Shown: positions 18,077 to 28,800 of the stretch, piece after piece
Numbering within the stretch: the first letter of the stretch is position 1
How the letters are laid out: each line of letters starts with the position of its first letter
Origin: a virus
Lineage: Duplodnaviria; Caudoviricetes
Direction: 5' to 3' (one strand)
DNA length: 61,715 nt
Virus record (IMG/VR): IMGVR_UViG_3300032331_002501
Span: 1-61,715 of that record
The notes under the pieces: model-generated
The model's database searches: none
Told to the model about the DNA's origin: nothing
The model's input: the letters and a program-made list of their open reading frames with translations, nothing else
Position numbers and translations under genes: made by a program

Positions 18077-19441
18077 TTATTTGCTAAGTTCAAAGAACTT
18101 TTTTTGGAGTGCTTCTCTCTCTAAAGAATTCACACTACTAAATTCATTTACAGGTTTTGATGGGGTATAATTACCAGCTTCTTCATCATAATCATCAAAT
18201 AATTCAAAATGACCAGTTGATGTATCAATTTTAGCACCAAATGTCATCCCATCTATCCCATATCTGTTTTTCATAATGTGAAATCTACCTGTTCCAGCCA
18301 CTTTATCTTCTTTTTTACGTGAGAGAGAAATAGCTACATCAGTAATCATGATTTTGTCATAGCTACCTGCAGCTTTATCGCCTTCAATAATATCATCTTT
18401 AGCTCCTGCTCTGTTAACTTGTGATACACTCCATATAGGAAGTTTTAGTTCACGAGCAAGACCTTTAGTACTAAGATAAATATCATCAATTTCGTCTTTA
18501 CGTTCACGATTGTTTCTTTTTGATCGAAGTAGATCGACATAATCTATGATTACTAAATCTGGTTTGAATCCTTGATCGATACATTTTTGGATATGTGATT
18601 CAATTGTTGATATAGATGCTTTGCCTGGTGAGTATTCTTTAATAACTAGATCACCAGGTAAATCTTTAATTGTATTTTCAACATCAGATTTGTGTTTGAG
18701 AATGGTGTTAACGGGTATTCCTGTAAAGAATGCATCGTATCGTCTACCAACATAATCTTCGCCTAACTCAAGTGTATAATGGATTACATTGTATCCTAAT
18801 TTAACTGCATGGCCGCCTAAAGCAATTAAGGTCCAGGATTTACCACCACCAGGATTACCAAATATTAATCCAAAATCTCCACTACCAATTCCACCTTGTA
18901 GTATATTATTAAACAAATCCCAAGGAGTAGATATAGCAATACGATGTTCTTCTCTATATCGAGTTTCTGTGTCTTTGCTGTATTCTAATCCTATATTTTT
19001 ATCTCCACCTGCCTTTAGAGCATTATCTACTAAAAAACGAATTGAATCATAGTCACCAGCATTTAATAATTCTACTGAATTTAGAAGTGCTTTTTTTAAT
19101 TGTTGGTTTTTACAGAAATTAGAAAATTCTTCTTCAACATATGCTAAATCATCATCTGATGCTTTATATGCTTCTTTAAGTTGTTCTTTAATTGATAATT
19201 GTAGAACATCATTGTCAATTCTTTTTAATTCAATTTTTAATACTTCCATACTTGGGGTAGTATGGTATTTTTCATAGTAATTTAAAATTTCTTTAATAAC
19301 CCATTTATGAGCGGTATTGTCAAAATATTCATCACTAATGATATCATGAATATTCACTAAGAACTCTTTATGGGTTAATAAAGACGATATTACTTTAATT
19401 TGAAAGTGTGTCCCATATTGGGAAAGGGTACTTAATGTCAT
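18077..19441 (-). CDS. Replicative helicase (DnaB/T4 gp41-like)
   Basis: GNPGGGKS, TLEL, IIDYVDLL, SQVNR, MKNRYG. Confidence 0.93.
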   Translation of the reverse strand: MTLSTLSQYGTHFQIKVISSLLTHKEFLVNIHDIISDEYFDNTAHKWVIKEILNYYEKYHTTPSMEVLKIELKRIDNDVLQLSIKEQLKEAYKASDDDLAYVEEEFSNFCKNQQLKKALLNSVELLNAGDYDSIRFLVDNALKAGGDKNIGLEYSKDTETRYREEHRIAISTPWDLFNNILQGGIGSGDFGLIFGNPGGGKSWTLIALGGHAVKLGYNVIHYTLELGEDYVGRRYDAFFTGIPVNTILKHKSDVENTIKDLPGDLVIKEYSPGKASISTIESHIQKCIDQGFKPDLVIIDYVDLLRSKRNNRERKDEIDDIYLSTKGLARELKLPIWSVSQVNRAGAKDDIIEGDKAAGSYDKIMITDVAISLSRKKEDKVAGTGRFHIMKNRYGIDGMTFGAKIDTSTGHFELFDDYDEEAGNYTPSKPVNEFSSVNSLEREALQKKFFELSK

Positions 19442-19450
19442 ATAACTTAT

Positions 19451-20509
19451 TTATTTAAAACTACTTAATACTTTGAATGTTTCTTTTAACCAATAATCGG
19501 CATTTTTTAGAACATTAACTAAACCATCTTCATGGTATAAATTTAAAAATTCTTTTGATTTTAAATTAAATGGTCTTGCTTCTACTAATTCTTGTATAAT
19601 TTCTTTTTCTTCGTCATCCATTAACGGATTACTTAAATCCATTATTTTATAGTTATTTCTTATTGAATCACTATTAAACACTATTCGAGAATATATTACA
19701 TTTTCTTTATACTTAGCTTCACTAATATCAAATATATCATCTAATACTAAATTTTCTTCAGCTAGTTCTGGGAATAGTTTAAATAACTTCTTAGGGCCTA
19801 ATCCTTGTATTCCTGGGATTTTATCTGAATTATCACCCATTAGTGTTTTATATAAGATAAAATTCTTAGGCGATAAGCCAAATTTATCTTTTACTGTTTT
19901 TGGAGTGTAATACTCTTTAACCATAGGGCTATAAACAGTTATATTGTCTGTAACTAGTTGTAGAAAATCTTTATCTGCGGATGTAATAATACATTTAGAT
20001 TGATATTTTTCGGTCATGTATTGGGATAAATGAGCGATAATATCATCCGCCTCGACTTTATCAAGGGATATGACTTTAATTGGTAAACACCGTAGATAAT
20101 GAATTAGTCGAGATATTTGGTTAGCTTTAGAATCTTGTTCATCATCTATATTATCAAAAGCATCATAATTAGTTATCTGCTTAATGTTCCTACCCGATTT
20201 ATATTCGGGGAGTAAGTTCTTCCGGTTAACAGAAGAACCCACTCCATCAAATATAACATATACAGATGTAGGTTTATTTTGGTTAATTAGAAATCCTAAC
20301 GATCTTAAAAATCCTCCAAGTCCTCCAATATGAACTCCATCTTGATTAATATAATTTAATACAGCAAAATTTCTTAAAAATAAATTTAAACCATCTATAA
20401 TTAATACTCGATCATGTTTACTAAATGTGGGTTCGTCAGATTTTGGTTCGTTAGTGATACCATCTAATAACTTAAATAAATCCTTCTTATCCATTTGATT
20501 CTTCGTCAA
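19451..20509 (-). CDS. 5'-3' exonuclease / flap nuclease (T4 RNase H-like)
   Basis: IIDGLN, IFDG, YKSGR, EADD, SADKDFLQL, GDNSDKIPGIQGLGPK. Confidence 0.94.
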   Translation of the reverse strand: MTKNQMDKKDLFKLLDGITNEPKSDEPTFSKHDRVLIIDGLNLFLRNFAVLNYINQDGVHIGGLGGFLRSLGFLINQNKPTSVYVIFDGVGSSVNRKNLLPEYKSGRNIKQITNYDAFDNIDDEQDSKANQISRLIHYLRCLPIKVISLDKVEADDIIAHLSQYMTEKYQSKCIITSADKDFLQLVTDNITVYSPMVKEYYTPKTVKDKFGLSPKNFILYKTLMGDNSDKIPGIQGLGPKKLFKLFPELAEENLVLDDIFDISEAKYKENVIYSRIVFNSDSIRNNYKIMDLSNPLMDDEEKEIIQELVEARPFNLKSKEFLNLYHEDGLVNVLKNADYWLKETFKVLSSFK

Positions 20510-21578
20510 CTAAAACAATAACTTCCTTACTTTCATTCCACTCTGAATTGTCTTCTACTATTTCAAACTCGCCAGATCCTAGGATATCTACCCATTCATG
20601 TGCGTGTTCTTTTTTATATTTTTCAATTTCAGTTTCACCAATAAAACCATGAATAGTAGCTACTACTGTACTTTTAGTTTGCAACCCTGTAACGTGATTT
20701 TTATCACACGATACTTTTGTTCTAACAGCGTATTCTACTTCTTTTTTATTCTTAATTGCTTTGATTTTGCTGGTTCCACTATTGGTAACATTACCAAATG
20801 TTAAAACAATTGATGAATCTAAAAACATTGTTTCACCATTTTTCATTTTCATCTTTGGTTGACTCATAATAGTTTCTGCGGGTGCAACCCAGATTTTATT
20901 AACAGCTACCATTGAGTTAGTGTAAGGTGATGTTTCTTTACGCGATAGTGGGAAACGTTGGTTAATAAAATTACCAAATTGTTGTGATACTGCACCTGCA
21001 TTCCACATTGGGTTATTTTTATTCTGTTCTACACTCATTTTACATGGAATAGAACCAATTGAATCCCAGAAAAAACATAGATCATATGGTAAATTACCTT
21101 TCTTTTGTTCATCTAAAAGATCAGCTATAAAACTAGCTACGTCTTCAATTGTTCCTAATGTTCCTCTATCTACATACAAAAAGAAACCTTTGTAATCTAA
21201 TACCTCACCTGTTGATTCATCTACAACATCTTCAACTTGGAAACCCATTTGTTTAGCATGTTCCCAAGACCATTTCATTTCAGTAATAATAAAAACTGGC
21301 AAAACGCCCATTTTCTGGGCGTTGATTGCTAGTTCTAGCATGGCTGTTGTTTTACCTGTGTTACTATGACCACGTAATAACGTGATATGTCCCATAGGAG
21401 CTCCAGGTATTGAAATTGATTCTTGTAATGCTTTAGAAAACGGAATCCATCTTTGTTCTTTAAACTTAACATTCGTATTTAACAGCTTTTTCTCTTTGAA
21501 CTTGTCTAAGCTAAAATTAGCTTTCATTTCAGCGGATACGGCAGCCGTCAACGATGTTGATTTTTCTCTTTTAGCCAT
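20487..21578 (-). CDS. RecA/UvsX-like recombinase
   Basis: GHSNTGKTT Walker A, FFWDSIG Walker B; lies between SSB and the nuclease. Confidence 0.85.
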   Translation of the reverse strand: MAKREKSTSLTAAVSAEMKANFSLDKFKEKKLLNTNVKFKEQRWIPFSKALQESISIPGAPMGHITLLRGHSNTGKTTAMLELAINAQKMGVLPVFIITEMKWSWEHAKQMGFQVEDVVDESTGEVLDYKGFFLYVDRGTLGTIEDVASFIADLLDEQKKGNLPYDLCFFWDSIGSIPCKMSVEQNKNNPMWNAGAVSQQFGNFINQRFPLSRKETSPYTNSMVAVNKIWVAPAETIMSQPKMKMKNGETMFLDSSIVLTFGNVTNSGTSKIKAIKNKKEVEYAVRTKVSCDKNHVTGLQTKSTVVATIHGFIGETEIEKYKKEHAHEWVDILGSGEFEIVEDNSEWNESKEVIVLVDEESNG

Positions 21579-21592
21579 AATTTGTTTTTATT

Positions 21593-22462
21593 TTAAAATG
21601 GTGAACCTTCTCCTTCTTCTTCATCATCAAACAATGCATCAAACTTATCTGCTTTGCTTGAAGGTTTAGCAGAAGTTTTAAGGCTGTAATTTGATTTAGG
21701 TTCTTCTTTTGCTTTGGTTAAGATTGGATCTTCAGCTGGTGCTTCAGTTGTTACATCTTCCTCTTCTTCTTCGTCAACATCAGCTTCTGCATCTTCAGGA
21801 TTCAACCAATTTTGGAGAATTTCTTTTAAAGCATCAAACTCCATTTTACGTTGAAGTTCAAGAATGTTTGGTTGTTCAGTTAACCACGTTTTGATAGTTT
21901 CAGTATCAGTATTTAATGGTGTTGTTTTAGGTTTAACACGAATTGATGATTTCAATCCTTGGCGACCACCAATGTCACCTGTTACTACATCAACTGTAAA
22001 GTCGCGACCTTCATTAATGTCTGTGAAATCCCCATAGTCCTCATCCTCGGCAATACCTAATAATTGCATGTAGATTTCTTTTCCAAATTCCCACAAACGA
22101 ACTCCTTTTTCTTCTTCACCACGAACAACTACAGGAGCAAAAACTCTCATTTTTGGGTCTAATTTCTTAGCCAATTGCCAGTTTTCTTTTTCGGATGTGT
22201 TACGAAGTGATTTTGCAAACTCAACAATTGGATCTTTTTCACCCCAGTTAGTTAGAGCATAAATTGGGAATTTTGAGAACCCGTAGTGTACGAACACTTC
22301 TTGGAATGGGTTACTCTTGTTTAGTACTGAAGGTACGATTCGGATTTGATATTTACCTTCTGATTTTGGTTTCCAAAGATATTTGGAATAATCAACTTTT
22401 TCTTTCTTTTGCCCGGTTGATTGTAGGGCATTCAGTTTTTGTTTGATTGCTTTGATGTCCAT
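21593..22462 (-). CDS. Single-stranded DNA-binding protein (gp32-like)
   Basis: LWKP...IRIVP, LWEFGK, D..EGRDF and an acidic tail ending in SPF. Confidence 0.85.
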   Translation of the reverse strand: MDIKAIKQKLNALQSTGQKKEKVDYSKYLWKPKSEGKYQIRIVPSVLNKSNPFQEVFVHYGFSKFPIYALTNWGEKDPIVEFAKSLRNTSEKENWQLAKKLDPKMRVFAPVVVRGEEEKGVRLWEFGKEIYMQLLGIAEDEDYGDFTDINEGRDFTVDVVTGDIGGRQGLKSSIRVKPKTTPLNTDTETIKTWLTEQPNILELQRKMEFDALKEILQNWLNPEDAEADVDEEEEEDVTTEAPAEDPILTKAKEEPKSNYSLKTSAKPSSKADKFDALFDDEEEGEGSPF

Positions 22463-22567
22463 AGCGTTTATTTATTTATTTATTAATGTACGAAATATAT
22501 AATTGAGGCAAAATTTAGTTATAAAAACTCTCGAAATCCTCTTAAAAAATGTACTTTGAAAATGCGC

Positions 22568-23014
22568 TTAAAGTTCTACAATGTTGTGTATTTTTGTTTT
22601 GAGTTGTTTTAGTTCGTTATGTTGTGTTAGTAATATTGTATTTTTGTAGTGTTGCCAATTAATTTTGTAATGAACATCTACTGCTCCGCCATTTAGCTTT
22701 TTAATTAACTCATTAAGAGCATTAATAGTGTAAAGAGTATTAGTTTCTTTTTTACGATGAACAAGAATAGTGTTATCGGGGATAGAACTTAAATTAATCT
22801 GGTCAGTATTGTAAGTGACGACATATTCCCCTGTATCTTTAATGTATAAAACAAATAGTTTATTATACATTATTGTATACCTGTGGGAAATATCCTTGAT
22901 GAAATTATCTATTTCTTCAAGTGTAACGAAAGTACAGAATAATTTATTGTTCACATCTACAAAATTCAGAAAGTCACTATAGTCATACATATCATTTTTC
23001 TTCTGTAAAGTCAT
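22568..23014 (-). CDS. Hypothetical phage protein
   Basis: 148 aa with LFCTF and HRKKETNTLYTINALN; overlaps the PolA-like gene. Confidence 0.75.
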   Translation of the reverse strand: MTLQKKNDMYDYSDFLNFVDVNNKLFCTFVTLEEIDNFIKDISHRYTIMYNKLFVLYIKDTGEYVVTYNTDQINLSSIPDNTILVHRKKETNTLYTINALNELIKKLNGGAVDVHYKINWQHYKNTILLTQHNELKQLKTKIHNIVEL

Positions 23015-24266
23015 AATCGCGTCCTTGTTTGGTTTTTACATTTAAATTAAAATTCTTAAAAATATTATATATTTGAGGCATCAACTGTTGCTCTTCATTT
23101 TCATCTACATCGAATAAAAACGAATCGTAGGTATATAATACTATCTGTGTGTTTTTGCCTATTAATAGTTTATGAATTTTTAATAAAATTTCAACATTTG
23201 TTGAAGTTTCTAAATTTTGAAGCATATAATTAAATAGCTTCTGGGGATTCATATTAGGTAATTGGTTTGTAAGACGATAGCCTGAGATCGGCACAATAAC
23301 TTCATCTGAGTTAGTGAATGTTTTCCAGTTATTGTTTATAAATTCTGTTGTTTTTTGGAAAAATTCTAGGTGTTTATATTCATCAAACACACCTCCATAT
23401 AACTGTTTAAATGTTAATTCTTTAGCTTTATTATAATCTACCCCATACATGCTAGCAAAAGAAGCATGTATATCAGGTACATCAAATTCATAATTAACCA
23501 ATTGTCCAGCCAAGGTTGGATGATAAGCTGAGATGTCAATTTCAGTGAATTTGTGATTTTTTGGTATAAAGCTTTGACGTGAGCCATTTTCTTTATTTAA
23601 AGCGGCGAAATTAATCCCATTAAAACTATTTGAAGGTCTTCTCGTTGTAGTAAATAGGTTGTATTGAGTATAAACTGTGTCGTTTTGAATTGAATATAAC
23701 TTAGATTTTGTTTCATAAAATTTATCAAATGTGTTAGAATTAATTTTTATACCATTTTTTTCTATTCCAAAGAATGCTAAAATGGTCTTATCCATAAATA
23801 TATCTCTAGTTTCTGAAGTGGCTGTTTTAAACACATTTTCACAGGCTTCATAATGTTTTACTACAGGGATAATTCTATTAATATCATTACGATTTTTATG
23901 TTGGGAGTAAAAATATGTGTGGACTTTAGTAGATTCATTTATTGGAGTAAAACTACAATTAATTAAATTAATAACACTTTTTATAGGAAAATAATATAAA
24001 AAAGATTTTTTATCTCGAACATAAATGATATCTAATTTCTTTAAAAAATCAAAAACATAATTTATATCTAAAGATAAAGTTTCACTGTGATCGATACAAA
24101 TTAAACATCCGTGATTTCCTTTAATAGGTTTAATGTAAATTAAAGATACATCATTTAGTATGGGATGGGTATTACTGTTGTGTGGTATAACCTCTATGAA
24201 TACTTCCCTATATCCTTTATTATAAAATGCCTCCAATTGAGTTGGAGTCTCTATTAACCAAAACAT
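22992..24266 (-). CDS. Short, divergent family A DNA polymerase-like protein
   Basis: TTTRRPS, motif A-like EIDISAYHP, motif B-like AKELTFKQLYG, NYMLQ, motif C-like YTYDSFLFD. Confidence 0.8.
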   Translation of the reverse strand: MFWLIETPTQLEAFYNKGYREVFIEVIPHNSNTHPILNDVSLIYIKPIKGNHGCLICIDHSETLSLDINYVFDFLKKLDIIYVRDKKSFLYYFPIKSVINLINCSFTPINESTKVHTYFYSQHKNRNDINRIIPVVKHYEACENVFKTATSETRDIFMDKTILAFFGIEKNGIKINSNTFDKFYETKSKLYSIQNDTVYTQYNLFTTTRRPSNSFNGINFAALNKENGSRQSFIPKNHKFTEIDISAYHPTLAGQLVNYEFDVPDIHASFASMYGVDYNKAKELTFKQLYGGVFDEYKHLEFFQKTTEFINNNWKTFTNSDEVIVPISGYRLTNQLPNMNPQKLFNYMLQNLETSTNVEILLKIHKLLIGKNTQIVLYTYDSFLFDVDENEEQQLMPQIYNIFKNFNLNVKTKQGRDYDFTEEK

Positions 24267-24305
24267 AACCTTTATTTATTAGTACAATATTAATATAATA
24301 AAATA

Positions 24306-25193
24306 TTATCCTATTCCCAAATTTCTAACAGTTTTCTTTTGTTGAAATTGTGGTGAGTACTTACGATAAAGTAATTTTCTTTGACCAATAGCTGGGGTTG
24401 AGTCTTCAGTAGGTCCTTTTATTTCCTCTATATGATAGTATCCACTATATGATTCTCCAGTAACTGTAATTAATTCATCTCCGGATGCGAATAAGCCATT
24501 TTGGGGAGTGTATCTGTAAAATTGCAAAAAATTATACTTTAAATATGCATCTAATCCTTTAATATTATTACCAGATTGAATATCTTTTATAGATGTAGAA
24601 TTAGAATTATATGTAGCTTCTATATTTCCACTGATTTTCCATATTGTTGAGTATACTGAGTATACATCAGTAGCGTATTTGGCTTTTTTATAGTCTCTTA
24701 CAGATTGGGAGGAAAAATTATCATATGTGAGTTTATCTATCTCTATATATGATGAATCAACATTTCTTCTTGCAAAATATCTATTAAAACTTCCACTATC
24801 ATAGTCACTCTGTTGTGGAAACGGGGTATATGGCGAAGGTAATTCTCTTAACGTGGGCTGTTGAATATCATCAACCAATTTAGCATACTCCAGTATAGAA
24901 TCGGTATATGAGTAATTAGTGTTAATGGGTAACGGGCTATTAAATATAGTAGTTACTTTATTATTAATTGAAGGAATATAAACATCTGTATATGAATCAA
25001 CTACATTTGATGGAGTTGCAGGAATAATTTCCTGGATAGGAGTATCATATTGGTTTTTCCCTGTGTATATTTTTCCTGTGTATAATTTATGGTAATATCC
25101 TATATACTCTTTTGATGGGTTTGATACATATACAAATTCCGATCCATCAGTGTATAGATTAGTTAGAATTCTATTTTTAGGTATATAGGTCAT
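24306..25193 (-). CDS. Hypothetical virion/baseplate-associated protein
   Basis: Last gene of the baseplate operon. Carries two YxGYYH repeats. Confidence 0.6.
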   Translation of the reverse strand: MTYIPKNRILTNLYTDGSEFVYVSNPSKEYIGYYHKLYTGKIYTGKNQYDTPIQEIIPATPSNVVDSYTDVYIPSINNKVTTIFNSPLPINTNYSYTDSILEYAKLVDDIQQPTLRELPSPYTPFPQQSDYDSGSFNRYFARRNVDSSYIEIDKLTYDNFSSQSVRDYKKAKYATDVYSVYSTIWKISGNIEATYNSNSTSIKDIQSGNNIKGLDAYLKYNFLQFYRYTPQNGLFASGDELITVTGESYSGYYHIEEIKGPTEDSTPAIGQRKLLYRKYSPQFQQKKTVRNLGIG

Positions 25194-25834
25194 GAAAGAT
25201 AAAAAGAAAAATATTGGTTACAAAAAACAGCAGTTTCTGGGGGAAGAGGTTTATTTGTTTGGTAATATTCTTTAAGTTTAGATAATATTTTATTTACAGG
25301 GTATGCGGTTTGATCTAAATATCCTGAACCTGGGAGAGAAGGCCAGGATTTACAAATAGAAGTAATAGCTAATTCCCATTTACCTTGTTTAACATATGGA
25401 AGAGCTCTCTCAATCATTGCTAAACATATTTTATCTTGGTTAGATGGGGAAAAATTATCAATAAAATATTTACTCGCAAGATCTTTCCATATAGGAGCTA
25501 GGATCTGGTATCTCCCAGCAGCACTTGAAAAATTATTTTGATTAGTATCAGATCCTTGCTTCCATTTAATTAAAATGTTAGGGTGATTATTAAATTTAGA
25601 ATCTCCATTAATATAACTTCTTCCCCATTTTTCTAAAGTATTAGGTTTACTATATGAAGCATATGTACCTGTATATTTAGTTGTCCCATCATTTGGTATA
25701 CCATCTATTATCATGTTATACCCAATATTCTCATTTTTTAAGTCAGTACCTTCACTCCAAGCAATAGTATCTATCAAAGCTTGAATTCGGATAAAAAAAT
25801 CTGAGGTGGCTGTAGAAGGAGAGTTAAAATTCAT
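25190..25834 (-). CDS. Lambda-type lysozyme / muramidase
   Basis: IAWSEG, SAAGRYQIL..W, FSPSNQD, WPSLPG. Confidence 0.88.
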   Translation of the reverse strand: MNFNSPSTATSDFFIRIQALIDTIAWSEGTDLKNENIGYNMIIDGIPNDGTTKYTGTYASYSKPNTLEKWGRSYINGDSKFNNHPNILIKWKQGSDTNQNNFSSAAGRYQILAPIWKDLASKYFIDNFSPSNQDKICLAMIERALPYVKQGKWELAITSICKSWPSLPGSGYLDQTAYPVNKILSKLKEYYQTNKPLPPETAVFCNQYFSFYLS

Positions 25835-25837
25835 AGG

Positions 25838-28800
25838 TTATTGTGTATTAGTCTGTGTATTAGTCACAGTTATAGATCCTTTTGAGCGTGAAAATCTATT
25901 TGAAATTACAGTTAAACTATCAATAGTAGTAGTCCATTTATTTCCAGCAATATTATGAGATATTCCTTTAATAAGAAAATCTATAATCCCTTGAGTAACA
26001 GTTTGATTTGTATTATCATCTTTTACTACAGATGTTTTATAAGTAGTTGGAAGAATATTTTCAGTTACTGCAAATCTTTGATAGTTAGTTATTCCTGAAA
26101 GGCCATTCATTGTAAGTTGTAAGTCAAATGGGAGGAAAAATGGGGGTGGCATTTTTTCTTTTTCAGCCGCAAATCCTGTGATATAAAAAGCTAGGTCTTT
26201 ATTAATATCTACTAAACTTGAAATTGAGTCTTTATCTAAAAATTTATCAATATAAATTGCTTTAAAAAGAGTTGATTGAAGATCTAAATTCTTTCCAAAA
26301 ATTACTGTAGGATCACTAGCTTCTCCAGGAGTTGGGAGTCCTATAGAAGCTGGGTCAAGTTTAAAAGTAATAATTCTATCTGTTAATCCTTTATTAAGTT
26401 TAGATAATCCTGTAGCATTTTCTCCTACTATATTCCCGGAAGCTTGGGCTGAGATAGAGGCCATAGCTGCCATGTTAGGTGGGATTTTAATACTAAAATT
26501 GGCGTCAGTAACAAAACTTCCCCATAAATTACTTACATTAGGAGATGTAGTTTGTTCTTGGGATTGCTGTACGGGAGCATTAGCTATTCCATAAACATTA
26601 AAAGTAGCTATTTCACCTCCGGTCATTAATTCTTCATATTGTAAATTATGTTCCTCTATTAATTTTATAGAATTAATTTCAGCATCATATCCTATAGATA
26701 ATCTATTAATTCCACCTAAAGCAACATTTATACCATTTATTACTGATTTTAAAAATGGTAACATACTTGTTTTACCATATGCATCCGTGGAAGAATCAAT
26801 ACAATTAGTTATATGATTAATGTTAACATATATGTCTAAAGGTCTTCCTAGATATGGGTTTCCTTTTACTATATATCCGCTATTGTCATCTTCAACTCCT
26901 ATTAAATTAAAATTATATACTGCAGTAACTTTAGTTTTTCCATCTATAGGAGTTTTAAGAGTTTCTTTATCATAATAATTAAAAGGAATAACACATATTT
27001 CTGGGTTTCCGGACATTTGGTTGGGGAAATTCATACAAACTGTTTTAATCCTATCTAAATCAAAATCAAAAAAGGGAACTCCAACATCAATTGGTACTCC
27101 TGTAGATAAGCTAGTAGCTTTTTGTTCAGGGGCGGCATTTGTTTTAGAACTATCATATACTAAAAGTTCATTTCTTAAATAACTAAATAAAACTCCTAAT
27201 TTAATATATGCTTGTTCAAAATTACAGCTACTTTGCCCCTCATGTTTTTTAAAAGGTATTTTTAGGACAGGGTTGGTAAAACCATTAGAATAAGCTCCAA
27301 TAGCTACTGTAGCTTCAGCTTGGCTCTTTCTATATACGTTATCATATAACCATTGAGTAAGGCTACATCTACTTTGATTTTGTACAATAGCATTACTTTC
27401 AATTACTTTTGCTTGATCAAATGCAGCGTCAGTATTAGTAATATTAGCTGTTGCTGATTTAACAGCGGATACAGCTGATTTTAATTGTTGGGCAAATGCA
27501 GCAAGTTTATCTCCAGCTGCTCCTAAAAACAGTGGGTTATTATTTATATCTGCAACTTTATAATCAGTTTTAGGTTGGGAGATATCTGTTGTTACTCCTA
27601 ATGCTTTATAATGGAAGTCTGTGAATCCTCCAACTCCAACCCCATTAATTTGAACTGAAGGGTTTTGCCAATGCTGTTTTTGCATAAATGTAGCTACTTC
27701 TTCTAGCTTTTGTATGTACAGTGTAGAAGTACTATTTAACCAACTATCATCTCCAGCTTTAAAAGATGCAATGTCCGGAGCTTGTCCAGCGTTATTATAA
27801 AAGGTATTAACAGTATCATCTAAATTTAATTTAAATCCTATCTTATTACCTCTATCACTCCAAAGTGCATTTAATTGTGATTTAGCATCTTCTAAAGCTT
27901 TCTTTGCTTGTTCTTTTCTAGTACTTGCCTTTTCACTTAAAGCATTAGGATCTACCGTTTTTCCAGTTCCTTTATTAATTTTAAAATTCTCAATTACGTC
28001 CCCCATACCTATAAGAGTTAACTCTACTTCATACCCTTCAGGTTTATAATCATATTTAAAATTAACTACTTTTCCTAACATTGCATCATAATTAAAAGAA
28101 TGTGTTTCTCTTTCTTTTTTAATATATGCTATGATATCATTTTGAGTAGCAGAACCATTAAAAAAACCAATTAGAGGTTCAGTGGAAAAATTATTAAATG
28201 CTTCTAATTCATTATTATTATTAAAATACATAGTATTTCCCCATTCAAGAAGCATAGTATATCCTACTCTACAATAAAGAACATCAATAATTTCAAGCTG
28301 TTTAATACTATTAACTTGTATTTTTACTGTTGCTTTTGCTATTGCTCCTCTATTATAATATGATATATTAGTAGACATTATAGCAGGCATAGGTTTATAT
28401 CCTTGATCAATTCCTCCCCACCCATATGCTCCTATTAATGGTCTAGAAAATGGATCTAAATTAAGGCCAAAATTTAATGAAGGATCAGTAGTAGTTCCAT
28501 TTAATGCTGCTTCTAATGCTTTTTCTGAGGTTAAATCTTTACTATTGGAAATATCTATAGTTCCTCCAAACAATACACATTTTCTAGCTAAGTTATTTCC
28601 AATATAATCCGAAGCCGGAGTAAGAAATGGGAGTTTTTCTATAGGAAGATTAGGATTTACATTACCACTAGGATCTACAGGACACTCAACATCGATTGAA
28701 GACGCTAATCTTAAGAATGCTGTACTACTATTATAGAATACTAAATCTTCTGGGGAGCGGTTGAGTTTTCCTAAACGGCGTTGTCTAATGTCAATTTGTT

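Noticed and set aside
4798-19441. Inteins or introns in polB, nrdA, nrdB or the helicase
   Set aside because: The ORFs are continuous and of normal or short length, with no intein splice or homing-endonuclease motifs seen.
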